Origin: Terrimicrobiaceae bacterium | GTDB taxonomy: Bacteria; Verrucomicrobiota; Verrucomicrobiia; Chthoniobacterales; Terrimicrobiaceae | Assembly (NCBI GenBank): GCA_044342325.1 | Contig: JBIIPZ010000002.1 | Span: forward strand, 64,001-128,000 | Direction of reading: 5' to 3' | Length of the DNA: 64,000 nucleotides | Shown: one piece after another, positions 46,560 to 55,573 of the stretch | Layout: each line of letters begins with the position of its first letter | Numbering within the stretch: position 1 is the stretch's first letter | Notes under the pieces: generated by a model | The model's database searches: none | Told to the model about the DNA's origin: nothing | What the model saw: the letters and a program-made list of their open reading frames with translations, nothing else | Made by a program: the position numbers and the translations under genes

Positions 46560-47352
46560 TTTGAGCCGTTTGGTAAACGATGTCATCGCCGGGTTGAATA
46601 CTGAGTCCGCGAGCAAGGCTCGCTGGGATGATGTCTGCAATGGAGGTGGAAGGTTCGACCGTGGTGGTGCGGACTTTGCCGATGAGTGTGCTGCCGCGTT
46701 TTACGAGAAATTCCATATTGCTCTCGATGCCGCTTTTATTGCCGAGGCTCAGGACGACGAAGTTCCACGCTTGATTCACGGCTAGGACGCGGCCAGTGAC
46801 GCGGGTGAGACCTTGCTTGGTTTCTTTTTCGCGGGCGGCTTTTTGGAGTGAAGCTAGTTTGCCTTCGAGGTTCTTGTTATCCTCGTCGAGTTTGGTGTTC
46901 AGGGTTTCAAGCTCGGTGATGCGGGCTTTGTCTTCCTCGGTTGAGACTGGCGTTTGCACGGCGGTAGCCGCTGCGGCGATTTGAGATTCGAGTTGAGTGA
47001 TCTTTTCCCCCTTGGTGAGGATATCCGTATTTGCCGTGGCCAACTCTCCTTCAGCCTTGGTTAGTTTTGATTGGGCCTCAGTGAGCTGGGTTGTTTTCGC
47101 GGTGACTTCGCTCTTTTGCTTCGCGAGGTCGGAGTCGAGGCTCTGCTTCTGGGCGGTGAGCTCGGAAATGGTCTTATCTGCCTCGACGTATTTTTTGATC
47201 TCTCCCTCGAGGTTGGTTTTGACTGTGGCGGTCTCTTGCTGGGATGCCGCCAAGTCCTCCTTGGTTTTAAGGAGGTGGCTTCTATTTACAAAGCCCACAC
47301 CGGCGGATGCCGCAGCGAGAACAATTGAGACAATGATGAGAATTTTTCCCAT
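46540..47352 (-). CDS. Membrane-anchored coiled-coil protein with C-terminal beta domain
   Basis: N-terminal TM, long heptad region, GRVLAVN..WNFVVLSLG...IQPGD. Confidence 0.75.
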   Translation of the reverse strand: MGKILIIVSIVLAAASAGVGFVNRSHLLKTKEDLAASQQETATVKTNLEGEIKKYVEADKTISELTAQKQSLDSDLAKQKSEVTAKTTQLTEAQSKLTKAEGELATANTDILTKGEKITQLESQIAAAATAVQTPVSTEEDKARITELETLNTKLDEDNKNLEGKLASLQKAAREKETKQGLTRVTGRVLAVNQAWNFVVLSLGNKSGIESNMEFLVKRGSTLIGKVRTTTVEPSTSIADIIPASLARGLSIQPGDDIVYQTAQNESVAF

Positions 47353-47458
47353 GAAATGGAGGAATTGTGAAGGCAGTGTTTGTAGTAGGGGTGCGGAGTC
47401 GGGGCAAGCGGGAATTTAAAAATCTCGTCAGACCTTTTTTCGCGATGAAGTGCTGGGG

Positions 47459-49732
47459 TCAGGCGGGTTTGAAATCCACCTGCTGCTTGAACATATCCAC
47501 GCGGTCGACTGCGACCTCCAAAAAGTCGCCTACCTGATAGACTTTCTTGGTTTTTCGTCCGTAGAGGCGTCCGCGTGAGGGTTCGTGGATGTAGAAGTCA
47601 CCTTCGAGTGAGGAAACATGGACGAGGCCGGTGAGCAGAAACTCGGGCAGTTCGATGAAGAAGCCGAAATTCCGAACATCCATAATCATACCGCGGAATT
47701 TCTGGCGTTTGCCTTCGGTGGTCTGCAGTTGGAAGAACTCGAGTTTTTTGAGGCGCACGGATTCCTTCTCGGCATCGGCTGCCGAGCGTTCGGTGGTGGA
47801 GATATGTTCGGCCATGGCACCGAGGGCGGAGGAATCCGGGCCGCTCTTGGTGAGGCCGAGTTGGCGCTCGAGGGCGCGGTGCACGATGAGGTCGCTGTAG
47901 CGCCGGATCGGGCTGGTGAAGTGGGTGTAGTCCGGCTTCGAGAGTCCGTAGTGGCCGAGTGGTTCGGGAAAATAGCGGGCGCGCTTGAGGCTTTTCAGCA
48001 GGGCGATCTTCACGGCGGACGCAAAGGGTTTGCCATGCAGGGAGGCGAGGAGTTTTTGAAGCTCGGGACGGTGGGTGAGGTCGCCGGCGCGGATGCCTTG
48101 CGAGGCGGCAAATTCCCGAAACTCGGCGAGTTTCTCGGGGTCAGGCTTCTCGTGGATGCGGTATACGGCGGGTTGTTTCCGGTGCTTGAGTTCGCGTGCA
48201 ACGAGCTCGTTCGCGAGGAGCATGAGTTCCTCGATGAGTTGGTGGGAAATGTCGTTCTCCACCCGCTCGAGCCTCACGGGGCGGCCGGTTTCGTCGAGCC
48301 AGACTTTGATTTCTGGGAACTCCAGATCGAGGGACCCGGCGGCAAAGCGTTTTTTGCGCAGCAGGGAGGAGAGCTCCCATGCGGTGTGGACGCGCTCGGA
48401 GAGGAGGTCGCCTTTTTTCGGCGGCTTCTCGAGAATGGCAAACGCCTGTTTGTAGGTCAGCCGCGCGGCGCTGCGGATCACCGTTTTGGCGAAGCGGACG
48501 GATTGGATTTTTCCGCTCTGGAGGATTTCGGCAAAGACGGAGAACGCCATGCGGTCGACCTGCGGCTTGAGGCTGCAGATGCCATTGCTGAGCGCTTCGG
48601 GTAGCATCGGGATGACCCTGTCCGCCAGATAAACGCTATTCCCCCGCGTGTGCGCCTCGCGGTCGAGGGCGGACTTGGGTTTCACATAGTGGGACACATC
48701 GGCGATATGGATGCCGACTCGCCATCCGCCGGGGATGCGCTCCACATTGATGGCGTCGTCGAAGTCCTTCGCGTCATCCGGGTCGATGGTGAAAATAAAC
48801 CGGTCGCGCAAATCCTCGCGCTTGGCGGCTTCGGCTGGATCGACTTCTGGGGAGACGCGCTCGGCCTCGCGCAGGACATCATGGGGAAATTTCAGTGGCA
48901 GCCTGTGTTTGCGAATGATCGAGAGCATATCGACGCCCGGCGCTCCTGTCGGCCCGAGGATTTCGATGAGGTGTCCTTCGGGGTTCACATGGCGCGATGG
49001 CCAGGAGTCGAGCTTCGCCACCACCTTGTCGCCGACCTTCGCCAGAAGCGGCGGTGCGGGCGGTTTGACATAGAGGTTCTGGACGAATCGCGGATCGTCC
49101 GCGACGACATAGAAAAAGTTTTTCGAGCGCTGGAGCGTGCCGACGATGGTTTCGTTGGCGCGGGTGAGGACGCGGATGACCTTGCCTTCGCGGCGTTTCT
49201 CGGGTTTGGAAAAAAAGCCCGGTTCTTCGGGTTGACTTGATATGCGTGCCACGACGCGGTCGCCGTGCATGGCGGTGAAGCAATTCTCGGCCCGGATGTA
49301 GAGGTCTGGCTCGCCCTGCTTTTCATTGAGCACATGTGCTCCGCCATTGGCGTGCATTTGGAGGACTCCTGTAAAGAGATCGGCTTCCTTGGGGATGATA
49401 TAGCGGTCGCGGCGTATGCGGGCGATGTCGCCGGCCATCTCCATTTCCTTCAAAAGGTGGAGGAGCTTGCCTTTCCAAGCCGGCGGGAGGTCCAGGGCGG
49501 AAGCGATGCCAGCGGCGTCCAGCGGGCGTTGCGAGATTTGACGGAGAATCGAAGCGCGGAGTTTCTGCGAGGGCTCGCCGGTGGATTTTTGGAATGTGCC
49601 GCTGCGTTTCGATGGCTTCGCGGCGGCAGGCTTTGCTGCGCCTTGGCGCGGCGATTTGCGGGAATCGGCTGTCTTACTGTGGGAACGACTTTGCAAAGGC
49701 TTGTTCCGTCCGCTTTTTTTGGGATTCGGCAT
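47459..49732 (-). CDS. rnr: Ribonuclease R
   Basis: FTIDPDDAKDFDDA, HIADVS, RGNSVY, YTHFTSPIRRYSDL, S1 domain. Confidence 0.95.
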   Translation of the reverse strand: MPNPKKSGRNKPLQSRSHSKTADSRKSPRQGAAKPAAAKPSKRSGTFQKSTGEPSQKLRASILRQISQRPLDAAGIASALDLPPAWKGKLLHLLKEMEMAGDIARIRRDRYIIPKEADLFTGVLQMHANGGAHVLNEKQGEPDLYIRAENCFTAMHGDRVVARISSQPEEPGFFSKPEKRREGKVIRVLTRANETIVGTLQRSKNFFYVVADDPRFVQNLYVKPPAPPLLAKVGDKVVAKLDSWPSRHVNPEGHLIEILGPTGAPGVDMLSIIRKHRLPLKFPHDVLREAERVSPEVDPAEAAKREDLRDRFIFTIDPDDAKDFDDAINVERIPGGWRVGIHIADVSHYVKPKSALDREAHTRGNSVYLADRVIPMLPEALSNGICSLKPQVDRMAFSVFAEILQSGKIQSVRFAKTVIRSAARLTYKQAFAILEKPPKKGDLLSERVHTAWELSSLLRKKRFAAGSLDLEFPEIKVWLDETGRPVRLERVENDISHQLIEELMLLANELVARELKHRKQPAVYRIHEKPDPEKLAEFREFAASQGIRAGDLTHRPELQKLLASLHGKPFASAVKIALLKSLKRARYFPEPLGHYGLSKPDYTHFTSPIRRYSDLIVHRALERQLGLTKSGPDSSALGAMAEHISTTERSAADAEKESVRLKKLEFFQLQTTEGKRQKFRGMIMDVRNFGFFIELPEFLLTGLVHVSSLEGDFYIHEPSRGRLYGRKTKKVYQVGDFLEVAVDRVDMFKQQVDFKPA

Positions 49733-49821
49733 GACCCATCCATCGCCCCGCTGGTTGGCGCTGGCAAGCCCCGCCTTTTTCCAATCGACTCAGGCGGCCT
49801 GCATGGCGAAAGTGGCGGTAT

Positions 49822-50238
49822 ATGAAAAATGTGCGCATCGTCGAACAACTCGTCATCTTTATCGCCAACCGCCCGGGAACTCTCGCGGAGCTGTGCGATG
49901 CCCTCGGAGATGCGAATATCAATATCTATGGCCTCACCGTTATCGACACGGTGGACCACGCCTCTGTTCGTATGGTGGTGAGCGATACGCAGAAGGCGAT
50001 CGCGTTGCTTGAATCCCGTGGCACCTTGGTTCTGGATAGCGAAGTGCTTATGATTGAAAATGACAACCGCCCGGGCAGCTTGTCGCGTGTGGCGCGTCTT
50101 CTTTCAAAATCCAAGGTCAATATCGAATACGCCTACCTCGCATCCATGCCCAGCGCCAAGAAGGGTCTGCTTATCCTGCGCGTCAGCGATGTGAAGAAGG
50201 CTTTCAAACTTCTTTCCGCAGCTGACTCGGAGGATTGA
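49822..50238 (+). CDS. Tandem ACT domain protein
   Basis: Two NRPG.L...NI repeats; IEYAY. Confidence 0.88.
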   Translation: MKNVRIVEQLVIFIANRPGTLAELCDALGDANINIYGLTVIDTVDHASVRMVVSDTQKAIALLESRGTLVLDSEVLMIENDNRPGSLSRVARLLSKSKVNIEYAYLASMPSAKKGLLILRVSDVKKAFKLLSAADSED

Positions 50239-50991
50239 TCACAGCCCTGTCGGGTGATCGATAAATTGCCAAGGTAAGGCGAGCTTACCTGCCAAGAGTT
50301 CCGCTGCGGCTTTGACTCCGAAGGTCTCTGTGGCGTAGTGGCCCGCGTAAAAGAGATTCACCCCCAACTCCTCCGCTGCCGTGTAGGACCAATGCGGCCC
50401 CTCGCCGGTGATAAATGTGTCCACACCGGCTTCGGCGGCTTTCGCCACATCGCCGCCAGCTCCTCCGGTCACGATTCCGATGCGCCGCGCCAGCACAGGT
50501 CCGCCCGGAGCCAGATGCACCGCCCCGCCGACGGCTCTCGCCAAGTGGTCCCGCAAGACCTCCCGGCTCACTTCGGCTTCAAATTTCAATCCCACATTCT
50601 GGCCTGCCGTCGGAAAAAACGGCACGCCATTTTCGAGTCCGAGGGCCGCAGCAAGAAGTGCGTTGTTGCCGATCTCTGGATGGATATCCAACGGCAGATG
50701 GGCGCTGTAAACCGCCATGTCAGCCTCCATGAGCAAGCGCATCTTCCGGTAGGCCGCGCCGGTGACCCTCTGCGCTCCGCTCCAGAAAAGACCATGGTGC
50801 ACGATTAAAAAATCCACTCCGGCCTGGGCCGCTTCGCAGATCACGGCCTCAGTGGCATCCACCGCTGCTCCAATTCGCGTCAGACCCCCCGAGTTCTCGA
50901 CCTGAAGTCCATTCATGGCCTGTGGAAAGTCCCCGACCTCTCGTGTGCGCAGGAGGTCATCAAGGTAGCGAACGGCTTCGGTAAGGTGCAT
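50239..50991 (-). CDS. Nif3-like dinuclear metal-centre protein (YbgI/DUF34)
   Basis: NGLQVE, VHHGLFW, HLPLD.HP..GNN, TGE, GHYATE.FG. Confidence 0.93.
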   Translation of the reverse strand: MHLTEAVRYLDDLLRTREVGDFPQAMNGLQVENSGGLTRIGAAVDATEAVICEAAQAGVDFLIVHHGLFWSGAQRVTGAAYRKMRLLMEADMAVYSAHLPLDIHPEIGNNALLAAALGLENGVPFFPTAGQNVGLKFEAEVSREVLRDHLARAVGGAVHLAPGGPVLARRIGIVTGGAGGDVAKAAEAGVDTFITGEGPHWSYTAAEELGVNLFYAGHYATETFGVKAAAELLAGKLALPWQFIDHPTGL

Positions 50992-51076
50992 GGGAAAACG
51001 ACTACACCCGAACAAGCGCCGATCGAAGTTTTTTCCCGCGATCCTTGAGCATTCAATTCTCAGAAAAAGCAAACGC

Positions 51077-51104
51077 TTGACGACGGTGCGCGAAGTTTTA
51101 CTTT
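51077..51104 (+). promoter_or_regulatory. Putative sigma70 promoter of the HAD-Mpv17-PfkB operon
   Basis: TTGACG-N16-TACTTT. Confidence 0.5.
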
Positions 51105-51236
51105 CCGACCCGTTGGTTCGCTGGGTCGGCATTCCAACAACAGGTCTTCTCAGTCTCCCGTCGGTAGGGAGGGCGCCGCTGGTGTCCGCCGATTCGGGTA
51201 ATTCGAAAATCAAACCCCCTCCCAGAACGCAGGGAA
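51105..51236 (+). promoter_or_regulatory. Candidate structured 5' leader with mutually exclusive pairings
   Basis: gggaggg (51167-51173) can pair with ctccc (51155-51159) or ccctccc (51217-51223); the latter can instead pair with ggga just before the ATG; further hairpins present. Confidence 0.35.
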
Positions 51237-52136
51237 ATGAACCGTAAGGGATATCTTTTGGATATGGATGGGGTTATCTATCGGGAGAACCAGCTTTTGC
51301 CAGGGGCGGCGGAGCTTGTTGCTCACTTTTTAAAGACGGCTACGCCATTCGTCTTTGTCACAAACAACTCGGCTCCGACTCCGGAGGATTTGGTCGTTAA
51401 GCTCCGTCATCTTGGTGTCGACGACCTTTCGCCCCGACACTTCTACACCTCGGCACAAAATACCGCCGATTTTCTTGCCGAGACTAATCCTCGCTGCACC
51501 GCATTCGTGCTCGGCGAGGCGGGCCTCAGCTCGGCCCTCAACAACTCAAAAATCCCCAACGATAGCATCCATCCCACCTATGTGATCGTTGGCGAGGGTT
51601 CGCCTTCTGCCGAGAAAATTGCTAAGGCGCATGAGCTGATCGAAAAAGGGGCCAAGCTGGTTTGCTCGAATCCCGATTACTGGTGTCCTGTCAAAAGCAC
51701 GGTGACCCGTCCAGGTGCCGGAGCGCTTGCAGCCTATCTGGAAGCCAGCACTGGCCGGCGTGCCTACTACCTTGGTAAGCCGAATCCCTATATGTTTTTC
51801 CGCGCTCGCAGGCTGCTGCACCGCCAGACACATGAGGTGGTGATGGTCGGCGATACGATGGAGACCGATATCCGGGGCGCGATCGAGATCGGCATGCAGG
51901 CTTGCCTTGTTCTCACAGGCTCCACGCGCTTGGAGGACTTGGTGGACTATGTTTACCAGCCGACCTGCGTGATGTCCGGCGTGGACCAATTGCTGGCGGA
52001 AATCAAGGGAGAGGGATCCACGGCGAGGCTCCAAGCATCTTCCAGTGCGGCTTCCGGAGCAAGCCTGCAACAAGGCGAGCGTCACCACACGGAGCATCCC
52101 CTCCGCTCCAGACCCCGCCCGGCCATGACGCGTTGA
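51237..52136 (+). CDS. HAD-IIA family hydrolase (NagD-like)
   Basis: DMDGVIY, TNNS, NPD, GKP, VGDTMETDI, VLTG. Confidence 0.92.
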   Translation: MNRKGYLLDMDGVIYRENQLLPGAAELVAHFLKTATPFVFVTNNSAPTPEDLVVKLRHLGVDDLSPRHFYTSAQNTADFLAETNPRCTAFVLGEAGLSSALNNSKIPNDSIHPTYVIVGEGSPSAEKIAKAHELIEKGAKLVCSNPDYWCPVKSTVTRPGAGALAAYLEASTGRRAYYLGKPNPYMFFRARRLLHRQTHEVVMVGDTMETDIRGAIEIGMQACLVLTGSTRLEDLVDYVYQPTCVMSGVDQLLAEIKGEGSTARLQASSSAASGASLQQGERHHTEHPLRSRPRPAMTR

Positions 52137-52149
52137 TCTTGGAGAATAT

Positions 52150-52956
52150 ATGTATCGAGCATTTCACATATTGGACGAGCCGACGGGTTCCGATGCGCGT
52201 TATCGGCGGGCTTTGAGGATGCGCAATCAACTCAGCTATTCGCCATTCACCTCTCGTCGGCGGAGAATCGTCGAAGAGTTTGGAAAAATCCTGCGAGCAA
52301 GCATTGCCAAGGGCCTTATTGCCGGCAAGGCCATCGCCCTTCCGGCCTTGCTCATCCAAGGATTAATCCTCCTCATCGTATGCGGGTATTATTTTTACCC
52401 GCCGGCGCGACAAATCATCGAAGTCGCCGTGAACCTGAAAAAAGAAGGCGGGTTCTTCTTTTCCTTCTTCGGCACGGCCAGTATCGCCGTCTTTGCGGAG
52501 TGCCTGCGCGCCGTCTTTGGGGATGCCGAGTCGCGTCGGAGGCTCCTGCCGAATTGCGCCTATGGGTTTCTTGTTTTCGGAGTTTTGGGCATTCTCACCG
52601 ATACATTCTATATTCTGCAAAAAAGCCTCTGGTCCGGCCTGCCATCCACGCTGCAGGTCGTGGCCAAGGTCGCAACAGATCAATTCGTGTGGACCGTCTT
52701 CTTTGCGAATCCCTACCAGACGCTGCTCTATGTCTTCAAGGATTGCGGCTTCAATTTCGAGTCGTTCGCGCAGAGGTTGAATCCATTTAAAATATTTTAT
52801 GTCAGAGAAATGCTGGCCGTTCTTTTAACGAACTGGGTTTTCTGGATTCCCACAGCTGCCATCCTCTACAGCCTCCCGCTCGACCTCCAGTTCGTGATTT
52901 CCCGCCTGGCGATCGTGATCTGGATCCTCCTCCTCACAACCATGACAAAGAAATGA
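52150..52956 (+). CDS. Mpv17/PMP22-like multi-TM membrane protein
   Basis: KV..DQFVW, NW.FW.P......LP..LQ pattern; GGAG before the ATG; start uncertain. Confidence 0.65.
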   Translation: MYRAFHILDEPTGSDARYRRALRMRNQLSYSPFTSRRRRIVEEFGKILRASIAKGLIAGKAIALPALLIQGLILLIVCGYYFYPPARQIIEVAVNLKKEGGFFFSFFGTASIAVFAECLRAVFGDAESRRRLLPNCAYGFLVFGVLGILTDTFYILQKSLWSGLPSTLQVVAKVATDQFVWTVFFANPYQTLLYVFKDCGFNFESFAQRLNPFKIFYVREMLAVLLTNWVFWIPTAAILYSLPLDLQFVISRLAIVIWILLLTTMTKK

Positions 52957-53987
52957 GCAAAAAACACACACGCGAAGGCATCACTGCTGCTGGCACTTGG
53001 ATCGTTGATTATACTAAAGTCGTTTCCCGTTTTCCCAAGGAAGGCGCCTGCACCTCCGTGCTTAGCGAGACGCTTGGCAATGGCGGCGCACCTTACAACC
53101 TCCTCGTCAACCTCTGCCGCCTCGGATTCACCGCTCCACTGCGTGCGGTGGGATGGATCGGTCAGGACATCGACGGCGGCAGCATCGTGAAGGATTGCCG
53201 CGCCCATGGTATCGACTCCTCGAGGTTGCATGTGAGTCGCGAAATTCCCACCTCCTTCTCGGATGTCATGACCAATCGGGATACAGGCATACGAACAAGC
53301 TTCAACCACGCCGGGGCAAACGCCCTTCTCAAACCCGACGACTTCGATCTGCAAAATGATAACAGCCGCATTTTGTATCTGGGCACGCTGTTCTTTCTTG
53401 CCGAACTGGACAAAAGCGACCCCAAGCACGGCACACGCGCCGCGGCAGTCCTCGCCGCCGCACGAAAACAAGGCATGCTCACTTGCATTGATATCGAAAG
53501 AACGGACATGGCGACGGATGCGTTTTTGGAAGGAGCCAAGGCCGCCCTCAAGCAGACCGATCTGCTTATTCTCAATGTCGAGGTGGCCGAGCGCCTCTCA
53601 GGCATTCGTCTCCGCTTCCCCGCCGGCGTCGATTTTTTTGCCATCAATCACGCCGCGCAGGCGTTGCAGGCAATCTCCGGAGGTCAATGCGTTGTCATTC
53701 GATTCCCGGCTGGAGCCCTCGCCATCACCGCCGATGGATCAAAGCATGTGGAGGGCAGCGTGAATCTTCCAAAATCCCGCGTCGTCAACGCCGTCGGCGC
53801 CGGTCACGCCTTTGCCGCAGGATTTCTCCATGGATACCATGACAGCCTCGATCTGTCCGCCTGCCTGAAAAACGGCCACGCCGCCGCTGCTGCCTGCCTC
53901 GCCGCCACCACATCCTCCAGCGGAATCCGAACCATGTCCTCCTGCCTCGACCTCTTCAAAAAATACGGCCAGCGCCAAGTGGGTTGA
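52953..53987 (+). CDS. PfkB/ribokinase family protein (catalytic motif reads GAGH)
   Basis: G.WIVD, GGAPYN, G.IGQD..G, RTSF, N..VAE, NAVGAGHAFAAGF. Confidence 0.85.
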   Translation: MSKKHTREGITAAGTWIVDYTKVVSRFPKEGACTSVLSETLGNGGAPYNLLVNLCRLGFTAPLRAVGWIGQDIDGGSIVKDCRAHGIDSSRLHVSREIPTSFSDVMTNRDTGIRTSFNHAGANALLKPDDFDLQNDNSRILYLGTLFFLAELDKSDPKHGTRAAAVLAAARKQGMLTCIDIERTDMATDAFLEGAKAALKQTDLLILNVEVAERLSGIRLRFPAGVDFFAINHAAQALQAISGGQCVVIRFPAGALAITADGSKHVEGSVNLPKSRVVNAVGAGHAFAAGFLHGYHDSLDLSACLKNGHAAAAACLAATTSSSGIRTMSSCLDLFKKYGQRQVG

Positions 53988-54337
53988 GGCTCAAAAGCTC
54001 CATTTCATCCTCACTTGGAAAGCCACTTCTTGAATGCCTTGAGCAGCGTGTCTCCCAGGCTGGGCTCGATCGGAGGAGGTCCTGTGAGCGTGCTGACGCT
54101 CAGGTGCTGAACGCGACGGAGTTCATCGAGTCGGAGATCGAAGACCAAGGGGACAATATCCTCCAAGTCGAATTCGCAGTCGGGTGCATCGGAGACAAAT
54201 TCGCCCCGCTCGTTTTGAATCCCTCTCCGGAGCGCCTCCTGGCAGCAAAAAGAGATGGGGATCCGCTACGATTCGATTTTTCCCTGTGTGGTTAAAAATC
54301 TGTGAATTCCCCCAATTTTGCCTAAAAAAATTTGTTT

Positions 54338-55543
54338 ATGCAGCGGCTTGTCATCATTGGCGGGGGGATCATCGGCTTGGCTACCGCGCTCAAAGCCGCC
54401 CGGCACAAGGTCGCGCGGGAGGTTGTTTTATTGGAGAAGGATTCCTCTACTGGCGGCCACCAGAGCAGTCACAACTCCGGAGTCCTGCATTGCGGGCTCT
54501 ACTACAAGCCTGGCTCGCTCAAGGCGAAACTGGCTGTGGAGGGCATTCGGGAAATGGTGGCATTTTGTGGCGAGCATCGGATTCCGTATGATATTTGTGG
54601 GAAGATCGTGCTGGCGGTCGACGAGTCCGAGGTCGTGCGATTGCGCGAACTGGAGGCGCGTGGGAGGGCCAATGGACTGCGCGGCTTGCAGTGGCTCGAG
54701 GGCGCAGCGATCCGGGAGATCGAACCCCACGCGGCAGGACTCGCCGCTCTGCGCGTGCCGGAGGAGGGCATTGTCGACTACGCGGCTGTGATGCGAAAGA
54801 TGGCGGAATTGATTCTCGCCGCCGGACACCAGATCCGCACAAACGCCCCCGCGCTTGGCATTCGGACAAGCGGTGGACGGCAAATCGTCAGCACCCCGCA
54901 GGAGGACATCGAGGCCGACTTCGTCATCAACTGCGCCGGTCTCCATTGCGACCGCGTGGCCAGGTCCGCCGGTCTGCGACCCGAGTCCCGCATCATTCCC
55001 TTTCGCGGCGATTATTGGAAATTGGCACCCGCCGGCTCGCACCTCGTCAGGCATTTGATTTATCCCGTTCCCGATCCCACGCTGCCGTTCCTCGGCGTGC
55101 ACTTCACGCGCATGATCGGTGGCGGCATCGAAGCCGGGCCAAATGCCGTGCTTGCCTTCAAGCGCGAGGGCTACCGTAGCACGGACATCTCCCTTCGCGA
55201 TTCGTGGGAAACCTTTACTTTTCCCGGCCTCTACCTGTTTCTGAAAAAATATCCCGGCACCACATGGAGCGAGTTGAGAAATTCCTTCAGCAAAAAAGTC
55301 TTCCTGAAAAACCTCCAGCGCCTCATCCCCGAAATCCGCATGGAGCACATCTCCCGCGAAGGCGGCAGCGGCGTGCGCGCCCAAGCCATCCACCACGACG
55401 GCTCCCTCCTCATGGATTTCGCCCTCGAGCAAAAGCCTGGCCAGATTCACCTCCTTAACGCCCCATCTCCTGGAGCCACGGCCTCCCTCGCCATAGCAAC
55501 CCACCTTCTCGCCCAAATTCCGAAAGCGGCAACCGACAAGTAA
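54338..55543 (+). CDS. lhgO: L-2-hydroxyglutarate oxidase-like FAD-dependent oxidoreductase
   Basis: IGGGIIG, HQSSHNSGV.H.G.YY.PGSLKA, YPVPDP..PFLGVHFT, GPNAV, APSPGATAS. Confidence 0.88.
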   Translation: MQRLVIIGGGIIGLATALKAARHKVAREVVLLEKDSSTGGHQSSHNSGVLHCGLYYKPGSLKAKLAVEGIREMVAFCGEHRIPYDICGKIVLAVDESEVVRLRELEARGRANGLRGLQWLEGAAIREIEPHAAGLAALRVPEEGIVDYAAVMRKMAELILAAGHQIRTNAPALGIRTSGGRQIVSTPQEDIEADFVINCAGLHCDRVARSAGLRPESRIIPFRGDYWKLAPAGSHLVRHLIYPVPDPTLPFLGVHFTRMIGGGIEAGPNAVLAFKREGYRSTDISLRDSWETFTFPGLYLFLKKYPGTTWSELRNSFSKKVFLKNLQRLIPEIRMEHISREGGSGVRAQAIHHDGSLLMDFALEQKPGQIHLLNAPSPGATASLAIATHLLAQIPKAATDK

Positions 55544-55573
55544 CCGGCAGCCGATTCATAAAAATTTTACCCT

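Noticed and set aside
51105..51236. Known riboswitch classes (fluoride, ykkC, ZTP, glutamine, preQ1, SAM-II)
   Set aside because: Hallmark consensus elements not found by eye; an Rfam search is still needed
53984..54295. 103-aa plus-strand ORF as a fourth operon gene
   Set aside because: TTG start, no recognisable motif, and a competing minus-strand frame; cannot be supported as a CDS
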